A stretch of DNA of 64,000 nt from the NCBI GenBank assembly GCA_044426355.1, contig JAWXUO010000003.1, forward strand, positions 138 through 64,137, in the 5' to 3' direction. Each line of letters starts with the position of its first letter. The first letter of the stretch is position 1. A program made the translations under genes and the position numbers. The stretch comes from Clostridia bacterium. GTDB taxonomy: Bacteria; Bacillota; Clostridia; Oscillospirales; Butyricicoccaceae. Of the stretch, positions 35,132 through 43,985 are shown piece after piece. A model generated the notes under the pieces. It searched no databases, was not told where the DNA came from, and was given only the letters and a program-made list of their open reading frames with translations.

Positions 35132-36536
35132 CGACACCAACCCTCTTATATGGTAAAGATTTAAAAACTTGCATAAGCGAACGTGGCTCACGCAGTTTTT
35201 CTACTTTTGATTCTCCAAGTTTAAAGTTTAGAGTATTTAAAGATTTGCTTATGTCCGACGGAATATTTTCGAAAATTCTTTCGTAACCACCTGGACAATA
35301 TAAATGAAAATCTATAATTCTATCGTGTGCAAAAACTTCTGCCTCAAATCTTCCTATAGTTTCTATATCTATAACAAGCAAAAAGTGTTGCCCAGATTTT
35401 GCACCTGCTACCATATCTTTTTCGTCACTTTGTGGATTTATCCAAATTTCTGCAAAAGATTTCATTCCCTCATAAAAAACAGGTACTATAAAATGCAAAA
35501 GAGGTGTAAAATTACAAGGCGAAGAAAGTAGACTATGTAAAATATTGTCTATTTTTGCACCTTCGGAATAATTAATAGCTTCGTTTTGCGACTGTGCATC
35601 TACTAGGCGTATTAAAGTGTCCATAACTTTAGACGTTTGTGTTTCGTTTGGAGTTTGTGGAAATTCGCCTGCACGAAGTTGTTTTACAAAACCTTCTAAA
35701 ACACGAATAAATTCTCTTTGATTTTCGCTACCTAGCATTTGACGAAGTCTTGAAGCTGACTGGTTGAAAAATATTGTGTTGTCATTATATCGAGAAAGAT
35801 TATATTTTAAAATAGACACAACCTTACTAAGTTGTGGCGAAAACAAAATACTCTCTTCTACTTGTTTACAAATACCTAAAGCTTGTTCTTTTAGCTCTGA
35901 AAAATGCTCTGTTGCGTCATCTGCTCTAAATTTTGCTATTAATTCATCTATTTGCGTAGCTAAATCAACATTTGTGTGTACATTTTCTCGCATAAATGTT
36001 AAACTATTACCAGCTGCATCTAAAATATCTTTTTTACCAGCTAAATTATTTATCGCACGAAGTAACGTTGCAATTCCTTGACGAGTAGATGCTTTTAAAT
36101 CATCATCTTGCAAAAGATTTCTAAGATAATCAAACAATTCGCCTTTAAATGCCGTGGCAGAAGCCTCTTGACGCACAAGCTCTGATTGAATATCAGCCGA
36201 TTCCATCATAAGATTGCTAAAGATTTTTTCGATTTCCTCTGTAAACGTTTGATTATTTGCTGGAATTAATTTAAAAATTTCTTCAAGCATAAAAATATTT
36301 TTAAGGTACGAAACTGCAACTGCAGGGTCTTTTAGTAAAGTTTGAAGTAGGACTGGTCCACCATCTTTGTCAGCAAAATTCGCATTTTGGTCTGTCGTTT
36401 CTGGGTTGTTGTGTATTCTTACGACACGAGAAGGGTCGTTTATCGAGTATGGACTTGTTGGGTCTACTTTTGTGTTAGACGTAGTTGTTTGGTTTCTATT
36501 TACCACGGGTGTGGTAACTTTTAGCATATCTGACAC
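35118..36536 (-). CDS. Hypothetical protein, possibly FliK-like (hook-length/substrate-switch type C-terminus)
   Basis: GTG start with an AGGAGG RBS. The C-terminal alternating beta pattern (HFLLVIDIETIGRFEAEVFAHDRIIDFHLYC...LNTLNFKLGESKV) resembles the Flg_hook fold. The gene overlaps the FlhB-C paralog by 14 nt. The product call is weak. Confidence 0.45.
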   Translation of the reverse strand: MSDMLKVTTPVVNRNQTTTSNTKVDPTSPYSINDPSRVVRIHNNPETTDQNANFADKDGGPVLLQTLLKDPAVAVSYLKNIFMLEEIFKLIPANNQTFTEEIEKIFSNLMMESADIQSELVRQEASATAFKGELFDYLRNLLQDDDLKASTRQGIATLLRAINNLAGKKDILDAAGNSLTFMRENVHTNVDLATQIDELIAKFRADDATEHFSELKEQALGICKQVEESILFSPQLSKVVSILKYNLSRYNDNTIFFNQSASRLRQMLGSENQREFIRVLEGFVKQLRAGEFPQTPNETQTSKVMDTLIRLVDAQSQNEAINYSEGAKIDNILHSLLSSPCNFTPLLHFIVPVFYEGMKSFAEIWINPQSDEKDMVAGAKSGQHFLLVIDIETIGRFEAEVFAHDRIIDFHLYCPGGYERIFENIPSDISKSLNTLNFKLGESKVEKLREPRSLMQVFKSLPYKRVGVDVKI

Positions 36537-36636
36537 TGCTCTATAAACCTCCTTTTAAAAGATGATAAACCTTTTTGCTCAAATTTTTATTTCAAATAAT
36601 GTATATACATATACATTATAAAAATACCTATACTAT

Positions 36637-36665
36637 ATTATAATTCAATACTGCATAAAATTCAA
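36637..36665 (-). promoter_or_regulatory. SigmaA-type promoter for the fliK-like/flhB-C/actin-like operon
   Basis: The minus strand reads TTGAAT-17 nt-TATAAT, ~100 nt upstream of GTG 36536. Confidence 0.55.
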
Positions 36666-36711
36666 GTTTTTTTTACATTTTAAATAAAAAAATTTTTAAA
36701 TAAAAAAAATT

Positions 36712-36753
36712 TTTATTTTTGCTATTGTTTTTTATATAAAAACGTAGAATAAC
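36712..36753 (+). promoter_or_regulatory. Conserved late-operon motif, copy 2 (TTTATTTTTGCTATT-N17-CGTAGAATAAC)
   Basis: Its first 15 nt are identical to copy 1 (14757). It ends 4 nt before the cheA sigmaA-like -35. Confidence 0.4.
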
Positions 36754-36757
36754 ACTC

Positions 36758-36786
36758 TTGTAAGTATTATTACTTTATGATATAAT
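36758..36786 (+). promoter_or_regulatory. SigmaA-type promoter for the cheA operon
   Basis: The sequence is TTGTAA-17 nt-TATAAT with a TG-extended -10 (TGATATAAT). Confidence 0.55.
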
Positions 36787-36854
36787 AGGGTGTAATAAAT
36801 TATAAATTATAAAAATATATTATTAAATACATTTTAGAATAGGACGGTGCAAAC

Positions 36855-38930
36855 ATGCCAAATATTGATCCAGGAATGGAGATAATGCTTGAAGCTTTCA
36901 TTCACGAAACAGAGTCTATGTTAGAACAATTTGATGAAATCCTTTTAGAAGCTGAAAGACAAAGAAACCTTAGCGACGAAAATATTAATAATATTTTCAG
37001 AATAACTCATACTATAAAAGGTTCGGCAGCTATGATGGATTTCGAAGGTGTTTCTACTCTTTCACACGCAGTAGAAGACGTTTTTTATATAATTCGTGCC
37101 CAACCAGAAAAATTAGAAATGGTTTTTGATTCGCTTTTTGATTTAATTCTTGCAGCGTCTGATGCTCTTAAACTCGAGCTTGCAAAAATTCAACAAGATG
37201 ACGAATATGTAGAAAGTGACCACTCAAGCATAACAGGCAGTTTGCATAATTTGTCTAAAACATTAAGTGGTGCTAAAACTGCAGAAGCTTCAGGACCATT
37301 AGAAGGCGAAGATACAGGCCCTGCTTTAGTTTCTGGCATGCATAGAATAGTTGTTCATTTTACAGATGACTGTCAAATGGAAAACATGCGTGCTTTTATG
37401 CTTTTATCAAACATTCAACCTTTGTGTGATAAATTATCAACAATCCCTGCAAACCCAGAGTCTGACGGTGGGCTTTGCGATACAATAATAGAAAACGGTT
37501 TTATCATAGACTTTTTACCTGCAGGCTCTGTAGAAGAAATTATAGATGCTGTAGAAAATTCTATGAATATCAAAACTTATGAATATGTAGAAAAAAGCGA
37601 TGATGTTTCTGCTCCTACAGCTCAAGCTGAGCCAGTAGCTACAGACTCACCTAGCCAAGCAATCGTTGATAGTTCTCCTGTTGCAACCCCACCACCTGTT
37701 GCAAAACCTGCAACACCTCCACCAGCTGCTACAACTACTTTATCAGCACCTACAAAACAAAACTTCATAAGTGTAAATCAAAACAAACTTGACTTACTTA
37801 TGGACTTAGTTGGTGAAATTGTTACAGCAGAATCTATGGTAATGCGTAATCCTGATTTAAACGGACTAAAACTAGATAACTTTACAAAATCTATTAGAGA
37901 ACTTAAAAAGTTAACGGACGAGCTACAAGATGTTGTAATGTCTATTCGAATGGTTCCTCTTTCTGGTACATTTATAAAAATGGAACGTATCGTTCGTGAT
38001 ATGTCTAAAAAGCTTGGCAAAAAAGCTGTTTTAGCAACTGAAGGTGGCGACACACAAATAGATAAAACAATCAGTGACTCGATAGTTGACCCATTTATGC
38101 ACATGATTCGTAACTCTATGGACCATGGTATCGAAACTGCTGAAGAACGTGCTAAAACAGATAAACCTGCAGAAGGTAAAATTACACTTGCTGCAAAAAA
38201 TGTTGGTGGCGAAATACATATAAAAATCATTGATGATGGTAAAGGTCTTGACCCTAACAAATTAATGGAAAAAGCAAAAAATAATGGTCTTTTAACTAAA
38301 CCTGAAAACGAATATACAGAAAAAGAAATCTACGGCTTCATTTTACTTCCTGGTTTCTCTACAAACACAGTAGTAACAGAATATTCTGGACGTGGTGTTG
38401 GTATGGACGTTGTTCGTAAAAACATAGAGCAAGTTGGTGGTACACTATCTATAGATAGTAAATTTGGCGAAGGTACAACTTTCATCATCAAAATACCTCT
38501 AACTCTTGCTATCGCAGAAGGAATGAATTTAAGCGTTGGTAACACTGTATTTACAGTGCCTATCACAGCTATAACTCAATCTTTTAGAGTATCCGATGAA
38601 ACTCAACTTATCTACAACTCAAACGGTTCTGCTATGGTAATGATTCGTGATGAATGTTATTCTATAATAAAACTTCATGATACTTTTGACATAGAAACCG
38701 ATATAAAAGAAATTCGAGAGGGTATTTTATTACAAATAGAGCATGCCTCTGTTAAAGCTTGTATTTTTGCCGATGCACTTATTGGTGAATATCAAGTTGT
38801 TGTAAAACCTTTCCCACCTTTCTTTAGTCAATATGCTCTAAAAGATGCTGGTATTTCTGGCTGTAGTATTCTAGGTGATGGTACAATCAGCTTAATACTT
38901 GACACAAACGCTTTATTAAATAATATATAG
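36855..38930 (+). CDS. cheA: Chemotaxis histidine kinase CheA
   Basis: It has an HPt domain (ITHTIKGSAAMM), a Pro-rich linker, the dimerisation and HATPase domains (DPFMHMIRNSMDHGIE; GRGVGMDVV), and a CheW-like P5 domain. Confidence 0.97.
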   Translation: MPNIDPGMEIMLEAFIHETESMLEQFDEILLEAERQRNLSDENINNIFRITHTIKGSAAMMDFEGVSTLSHAVEDVFYIIRAQPEKLEMVFDSLFDLILAASDALKLELAKIQQDDEYVESDHSSITGSLHNLSKTLSGAKTAEASGPLEGEDTGPALVSGMHRIVVHFTDDCQMENMRAFMLLSNIQPLCDKLSTIPANPESDGGLCDTIIENGFIIDFLPAGSVEEIIDAVENSMNIKTYEYVEKSDDVSAPTAQAEPVATDSPSQAIVDSSPVATPPPVAKPATPPPAATTTLSAPTKQNFISVNQNKLDLLMDLVGEIVTAESMVMRNPDLNGLKLDNFTKSIRELKKLTDELQDVVMSIRMVPLSGTFIKMERIVRDMSKKLGKKAVLATEGGDTQIDKTISDSIVDPFMHMIRNSMDHGIETAEERAKTDKPAEGKITLAAKNVGGEIHIKIIDDGKGLDPNKLMEKAKNNGLLTKPENEYTEKEIYGFILLPGFSTNTVVTEYSGRGVGMDVVRKNIEQVGGTLSIDSKFGEGTTFIIKIPLTLAIAEGMNLSVGNTVFTVPITAITQSFRVSDETQLIYNSNGSAMVMIRDECYSIIKLHDTFDIETDIKEIREGILLQIEHASVKACIFADALIGEYQVVVKPFPPFFSQYALKDAGISGCSILGDGTISLILDTNALLNNI

Positions 38931-38942
38931 GAGGAATTTTCG

Positions 38943-39416
38943 GTGAATTTAGACCAATTAAATGATGAAATCAAAAGTGATTTAGAAACAAGGTACCTAT
39001 TATTTAATATAGACGATATGGTTTATGGAGTTTCTTTAGTGCTTGCTTTAGAAATACTTACTGTACAAATAGCTACAAAAATTCCAAACACAAACGAAGC
39101 TTTAAAAGGTATTATAAATCTTCGTGGTAAGGTTGTTCCTGTAGTAGATGTTAGAATAAAATTTGGATTAGAAGAACTTGAATATACCGATAAAACTTGT
39201 ATAATAGTTTTAGAGCTAGACGGAATGCAAATCGGACTAATCGTTGACAGCGTACGTGAAGTTGCAACTATCAACGAAAGCGATATGTCAAACCCTCCTA
39301 ACGGCTCAGGTTTTTCAAACAAATTTTTATCTTCTGTTACAGAAGTAGACGGAAAAATCGTATTAAATATAGACTTTAAACGCTTTTTCCAAGATGAAAT
39401 TGGCTCATTAATATAA
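38943..39416 (+). CDS. cheW: Chemotaxis coupling protein CheW
   Basis: GTG start with an AGGAGG RBS. It shows typical CheW sequence (YGVSLVLALEILT...GIINLRGKVVPVVDVR). Confidence 0.93.
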   Translation: MNLDQLNDEIKSDLETRYLLFNIDDMVYGVSLVLALEILTVQIATKIPNTNEALKGIINLRGKVVPVVDVRIKFGLEELEYTDKTCIIVLELDGMQIGLIVDSVREVATINESDMSNPPNGSGFSNKFLSSVTEVDGKIVLNIDFKRFFQDEIGSLI

Positions 39417-39431
39417 TAGGAGATTTAAAAC

Positions 39432-40256
39432 ATGCAAAATATTATATCTATAACCGATCAAGAATTTGACACTATGGTCAAATTTGTTTACGGAAAATAT
39501 GGTATAGATTTAAAGAAAAAGCGTCAACTAGTTGAAAGTAGGCTTGCCTATATTCTAAAATCAAAATCTATAGACCGTTTTGAAGACTATCTAAAATTAA
39601 TTAACACAGACGAAAATGAACTGCAATTATTCTTAAATAGAATAACTACAAATCACTCATATTTCGCACGTGAAATGGAGCATTTCGACTATCTTCTAAA
39701 TACAGTTTTGCCAGAACTTGAAAAAACAGGTGCAAGAGAATATAGAATATGGAGTGCTGGTTGTTCTGGTGGTCAAGAAGCTTATAATATTGCTATGGCT
39801 ATCGACCATTATTTTGGTAGCAGAAAAGGAACTATCGACACTAAAATTTTAGCAACAGATATTTCAAGTGCTGTTTTATCTAAAGCAAAAGACGGAATAT
39901 ATACCCACGATGTTATTGATGGTTTGCCACAAGATTGGATAGCTAAATATTTTATTAAACAACCAGATGGCAGATTCCGTGTTATTGATAAAATTCGTCA
40001 AGAAGTAATTTTTAGAAAAGGTAACCTTATGGAGCCTTTCCAAATAAAAAAACCTTTTGACATCATTTTTTGCAGAAACGTAATGATTTATTTCGACAAC
40101 GAAACCACTCAAGGTTTAGTAGAAAAATTTTATAATGCAACAGCTCCAAACGGACATCTTTTTGTAGGTCATTCTGAAAGCGTAGATAAAAATAGAACTC
40201 GTTACGAATTTGTTATGCCTGCAATTTATAAGAAAATAATGACTAAAGGTAGGTAA
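39432..40256 (+). CDS. cheR: Chemotaxis protein methyltransferase CheR
   Basis: It carries a SAM-binding motif (RIWSAGCSGGQEAYNIAM) and IFCRNVMIYFD. Confidence 0.93.
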   Translation: MQNIISITDQEFDTMVKFVYGKYGIDLKKKRQLVESRLAYILKSKSIDRFEDYLKLINTDENELQLFLNRITTNHSYFAREMEHFDYLLNTVLPELEKTGAREYRIWSAGCSGGQEAYNIAMAIDHYFGSRKGTIDTKILATDISSAVLSKAKDGIYTHDVIDGLPQDWIAKYFIKQPDGRFRVIDKIRQEVIFRKGNLMEPFQIKKPFDIIFCRNVMIYFDNETTQGLVEKFYNATAPNGHLFVGHSESVDKNRTRYEFVMPAIYKKIMTKGR

Positions 40257-40260
40257 AATT

Positions 40261-41304
40261 GTGCCAATTCGTGTAATTATTATAGACGACTCTGTAATTT
40301 TTAGAACAAAAATTCAAAACATTCTAAATCAAGAACCCGATTTAGAAGTAGTTGGTACTGCTGGAAATCCAATAGATGCAATACCTCTAATAGAACAATT
40401 AAAACCAGATATTCTTTCTATGGATATAGAAATGCCTCGAATGTCTGGACTTGAATTTTTAAAATTGCTCCACTCTCAAAAACCTTATCCAACAGTTTTA
40501 GTAAGTTCTTTGCCTTTAAAACAACCAGATGCTACAAAGTATGGTGCAGTAGATTTTGTTGCAAAGCCAGACCTTACAAAAAAAGATACAATGGAAAATT
40601 TTACTGATAATTTAAAAAAAGCTATCAGAAAAGGTGTTAATACGCCTATACCTAAAATTCAAGTACCAACTAATGTTTCTTCTGAAAAACCTGATACATC
40701 TCTAAAACTAAATTATAGTTATAATCGTGAAATCGTGATAGCTATAGGTGCATCAACTGGTGGTACAGAAGCTATTATAGAAGTTGTAAAAAACTTGCCT
40801 AAAAATACTCCTGGCATTGTTATTGTTCAGCATTTACCTGCAAATTTCACTGCTATGTATACATCAAGGCTAAAAGCTGCTTGTCAAATGGACGTTAAAA
40901 CTGCTGAAAATTTAGACCGTATAAAGCAAGGTCAAATAATTTTAGCAAACGGCGACCATCATCTAATCGTAAGACGAGATAAAGACGGGCTATACATAAA
41001 TAGCAAAAAAGGCGAGCGTTTTAGTGGCCACTGTCCATCTGTAGACATAATGTTTGACTCAGTAGCCGAAGTTTGTCCAAAACACGCTATTGGCGTAATT
41101 TTAACAGGTATGGGTGCAGACGGTGCTGTTTATATGAAAAAAATGCGTGATAAAGGAGCATATACTATAGGACAAGACGCAAAGACTTCTGTTGTTTACG
41201 GAATGCCTATGGAAGCTTTTAAACGTGGTGCTGTTATGAAACAACTTCCTCTTACAAAAATACCAGAAGAAATTATTCGTCATTTAAGCACTAAATATAA
41301 ATAA
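40261..41304 (+). CDS. cheB: Chemotaxis response regulator methylesterase CheB
   Basis: It has a REC domain (DILSMDIEMPRMSG) and an esterase domain (IGASTGGTEA...GMGADG). Confidence 0.95.
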   Translation: MPIRVIIIDDSVIFRTKIQNILNQEPDLEVVGTAGNPIDAIPLIEQLKPDILSMDIEMPRMSGLEFLKLLHSQKPYPTVLVSSLPLKQPDATKYGAVDFVAKPDLTKKDTMENFTDNLKKAIRKGVNTPIPKIQVPTNVSSEKPDTSLKLNYSYNREIVIAIGASTGGTEAIIEVVKNLPKNTPGIVIVQHLPANFTAMYTSRLKAACQMDVKTAENLDRIKQGQIILANGDHHLIVRRDKDGLYINSKKGERFSGHCPSVDIMFDSVAEVCPKHAIGVILTGMGADGAVYMKKMRDKGAYTIGQDAKTSVVYGMPMEAFKRGAVMKQLPLTKIPEEIIRHLSTKYK

Positions 41305-41310
41305 AGAAAA

Positions 41311-41336
41311 AGAGGGGGATTTTATGTCCTCCTCTT
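41311..41336 (+). terminator. Possible terminator/attenuator after cheB
   Basis: The sequence is AGAGGGGGA-7 nt-TCCTCCTCT (one G-U pair). The T-tract is weak. Confidence 0.45.
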
Positions 41337-41337
41337 A

Positions 41338-41366
41338 TTGATTTTATAAATAAACTGTGATAGAAT
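41338..41366 (+). promoter_or_regulatory. SigmaA-type promoter for fliW-csrA
   Basis: The sequence is TTGATT-17 nt-TAGAAT with a TG extension. Confidence 0.5.
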
Positions 41367-41403
41367 ACTATTATAGTTAAACTAAAGAAAAGAGGAATAT
41401 ACA

Positions 41404-41817
41404 ATGAAATGTAATACACGTGACTTTGGCGAAGTTGAATACAACGAATCAGATGTTATAAAATTTGTGCAAGCACCTTTCGGTTTTGAGGAATTTACAG
41501 ATTATATAATGATATTAAATGAAGAACAACCAAATTTTATTAGTTGGCTACAGTCTACAACTAATCCTAATTTATGCTTTATTTTAGTAAATACATTTGA
41601 TATATACAGCCCTGAAATACCAGAAGAGGTTACTCAAGCTATCGGAGATGGTACAACATCTATTTTCGGCATATGCGTTATCACTCAAGACATCAAAAAA
41701 TCTACCATTAATCTAAAAAGCCCAATCTTTATAAACGAAGATACTCAAACAGCAACACAGTTTATACTTTCTAAAAATTATGCAATTAAGCATTTATTAT
41801 TTGATGAAGGAGAGTAA
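41404..41817 (+). CDS. fliW: Flagellar assembly factor FliW
   Basis: 137 aa (VIKFVQAPFGFEEFTDYIMI...FISWLQSTTNPNLCFILVN). It is paired with csrA. Confidence 0.9.
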   Translation: MKCNTRDFGEVEYNESDVIKFVQAPFGFEEFTDYIMILNEEQPNFISWLQSTTNPNLCFILVNTFDIYSPEIPEEVTQAIGDGTTSIFGICVITQDIKKSTINLKSPIFINEDTQTATQFILSKNYAIKHLLFDEGE

Positions 41818-41823
41818 AAAAAT

Positions 41824-42087
41824 ATGTTAATGTTATCAAGAAAAAGAGAAGAAGTTATCGTTATCGAAGTAGGCGAAGATAAAATTTTTATTTCTCCTCA
41901 AAAAATTTCTTCAAATCCAACTCAAGTACACTTAGGCATACGAGCTCCTAGCCATATTAAAATTTGGCGTGGCGAAATTTATGATTCTGTTGTAGAAAAT
42001 AGAACAGCTATAGCAAATGGTGTTCCTGTTGCTGATTTACCTAAAAAATTCAACAAAGAGAAAAAAATGAGCGATTTTCGCTGGTAA
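41824..42087 (+). CDS. csrA: Carbon storage regulator CsrA (with C-terminal extension)
   Basis: MLMLSRKREEVIVI...VHLGIRAPSHIKIWRGEIY matches the CsrA core. Confidence 0.88.
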   Translation: MLMLSRKREEVIVIEVGEDKIFISPQKISSNPTQVHLGIRAPSHIKIWRGEIYDSVVENRTAIANGVPVADLPKKFNKEKKMSDFRW

Positions 42088-42164
42088 TTTTCTTGCGTCT
42101 ATGTATTTCACTAGAACAAAAGCATAAAATTTGCTAAAAAACAAATTTAATAATTAAGCTAAAC

Positions 42165-42214
42165 CTGCCGAAAACTCAAATTTAATGTTTGATTTTTTCG
42201 GCAGATATTTTTTT
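42165..42214 (+). terminator. Rho-independent terminator after csrA
   Basis: The sequence is CTGCCGAAAA-20 nt loop-TTTTCGGCAG followed by ATATTTTTTT. Confidence 0.7.
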
Positions 42215-42222
42215 GTATTTGG

Positions 42223-42300
42223 TTTAATTTTTTCAAAATTCAAGTAGGATTTTCACCATTTAGACAGTAATTTAAAGCTTTTATCTTTAAAATCTCGACA
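42223..42300 (+). repeat. Diverged single-arm copy of the 32021-32386 repeat unit
   Basis: It aligns to the right arm at 32290-32370 (TTTAATTTTTTCAAAATTCAAGTAG...TTTAAAGCTTTTATCTTTAAAATCTCGACA). The hairpin stem is kept by two compensatory pair changes. Confidence 0.7.
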
Positions 42301-42454
42301 TTCTTCCATGTTTTTTGACTTTTAAAAAAGTTATGCAAATTGCAATACCAAATTGAACACTTTTTAAAATAAAGCAAAAACCATCAACTAGTGTCAATGG
42401 TTTATATAAAAATTTTGTTTATAATCATTCAAAATCCAAGGAATTTATAGATTA

Positions 42455-42901
42455 TTAAACATTAAATTTTCTACGTGTAGTTTTAACTTCTTCTAGCAAA
42501 ACTGCAAGATTTTCTTCTGCACGAAGTAAAGAATCGTTACAATAATTTGTAGCAAGCTTTTTAATTTCTGCCGATTTCGTTTTTGCATTTAGCACAATAT
42601 CTCGAGCTTCTGCTTCTGCTTGTTTAACAATTTCTTGTTCACGCAAAATAAGGCTAGCTTTTTTATTAGCTTCAACTATTATACTTTCTGCTCTTTTTTG
42701 AGCTTCTAGCATAAATTGTTCTCCATTGTCAACAATTCGCTTCGCTTCGTCTAGTTCCTCTGGCAAACAACGTATTGTTTCGTTTATAAGGAACAAAAGC
42801 TGGTCTTTATCTATTATACATTTATCTACAGATAACGGTATAATTTTTGCTTCTTCTACCATTTCCTGCATTGAATTTACTAAATCTTGTAATGCGTTCA
42901 T
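42455..42901 (-). CDS. Hypothetical coiled-coil protein (ATP-synthase b / V-ATPase G-like)
   Basis: 148 aa, helical and Ala/Glu/Lys-rich (AQKRAESIIVEANKKASLILREQEIVKQAEAEARDIV). It lies downstream of coaD. Confidence 0.6.
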   Translation of the reverse strand: MNALQDLVNSMQEMVEEAKIIPLSVDKCIIDKDQLLFLINETIRCLPEELDEAKRIVDNGEQFMLEAQKRAESIIVEANKKASLILREQEIVKQAEAEARDIVLNAKTKSAEIKKLATNYCNDSLLRAEENLAVLLEEVKTTRRKFNV

Positions 42902-42903
42902 TG

Positions 42904-43386
42904 TTAACTATTCTCCTTTAAATTTTGAATATAATCAAAAGTTTCTTTTGATACAAGCGACGAAATATCGCCATTATGCCCCATTAATTGTCGAACTACT
43001 GTAGAGCTTAAAAAACGGTGTTCGTTTCTACAAAGCAAAAACAAAGTATCGAGAGTTGGACATAAATTATTGTTAAGGCTTGCCATTTGATGTTCCATTT
43101 CTAAATCGTAAGACGAACGTAAACCTTTTATTATTGTGTCTATATTATGTTTTTTTGCGTAGTCTATTAAAAGCCCATCATGAAAATCTACTTCTACATT
43201 ATCTATATGCAAAACAGAAGCACGAATCATGTCTAGTTTTTGCTCTATTGTAAAAGTTGGCTTTTTTTCTAAATTTATCATCACACAAAGAATTACTTTG
43301 TCGAATATTTTAGTTGCACGCTCTAGTATGTCTATATGCCCTAATGTTATTGGGTCGAAACTTCCAGGGTAAATTGCAATTTTCAT
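42904..43386 (-). CDS. coaD: Phosphopantetheine adenylyltransferase
   Basis: The N-terminus (MKIAIYPGSFDPITLGHIDILERA) is diagnostic. Confidence 0.95.
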   Translation of the reverse strand: MKIAIYPGSFDPITLGHIDILERATKIFDKVILCVMINLEKKPTFTIEQKLDMIRASVLHIDNVEVDFHDGLLIDYAKKHNIDTIIKGLRSSYDLEMEHQMASLNNNLCPTLDTLFLLCRNEHRFLSSTVVRQLMGHNGDISSLVSKETFDYIQNLKENS

Positions 43387-43387
43387 T

Positions 43388-43924
43388 TTATTTTTCCTTA
43401 ATCAAAGTTATTTTCACAGTGCCATACTTATATGTTTTTTGCACCACAAAATCAGTATTAGTTATATCTATTTCTTCATCTATTGATGTTTCGCATACTA
43501 TTATACCATACTTTTCGAGTAATTTAAAGTCATTTATAAAATTTATTGACATATTTACTAAATTTGTTTTATACGGAGGGTCTAAAAAAATAATATTATA
43601 TTTTTTATTGCAACTTTGCAAAAAAGTTGCATAGTCGGTTTGGTTCACCTTTTGATTTATTTCACAAGCTTTTAAATTTTCTTTAATTAGATTTACAGCT
43701 TTTTGCGAATTGTCTACAAAATCTACTAAATTTGCTCCACGGCTCAAACATTCTATGCCCATCTGCCCTGTTCCAGAAAAAAGGTCTAGCACATTTGCAT
43801 CTTGTATATCAAATTGAATTATATTAAAAACTGATTCTTTAACACGAGATGTTGTAGGTCTAGTTTCTAGTCCCTCTAGTGTTTTTAAGTTTTTTCCTCT
43901 AAATTTTCCAGAAATAATACGCAT
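43388..43924 (-). CDS. rsmD: 16S rRNA (guanine966-N2)-methyltransferase RsmD
   Basis: It carries MRIISGKFRGKNLKTL..TRPTTSRVKESVFNI, DLFSGTGQMGIE and FLDPPY. Confidence 0.9.
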   Translation of the reverse strand: MRIISGKFRGKNLKTLEGLETRPTTSRVKESVFNIIQFDIQDANVLDLFSGTGQMGIECLSRGANLVDFVDNSQKAVNLIKENLKACEINQKVNQTDYATFLQSCNKKYNIIFLDPPYKTNLVNMSINFINDFKLLEKYGIIVCETSIDEEIDITNTDFVVQKTYKYGTVKITLIKEK

Positions 43925-43948
43925 TTTTATCCTCTTTCATATTTTGAA

Positions 43949-43974
43949 GAAAACACACCAAAAGGTGTGTTTTC
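43949..43974 (-). terminator. Hairpin terminator downstream of the ferredoxin gene
   Basis: The sequence is GAAAACACACC-AAAA-GGTGTGTTTTC, with modest T/A tracts on both sides. Confidence 0.55.
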
Positions 43975-43985
43975 TTTGGTCAAGA

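Noticed and set aside
37778-38260. 160-aa minus-strand ORF
   Set aside because: It is antisense within the cheA kinase domain.
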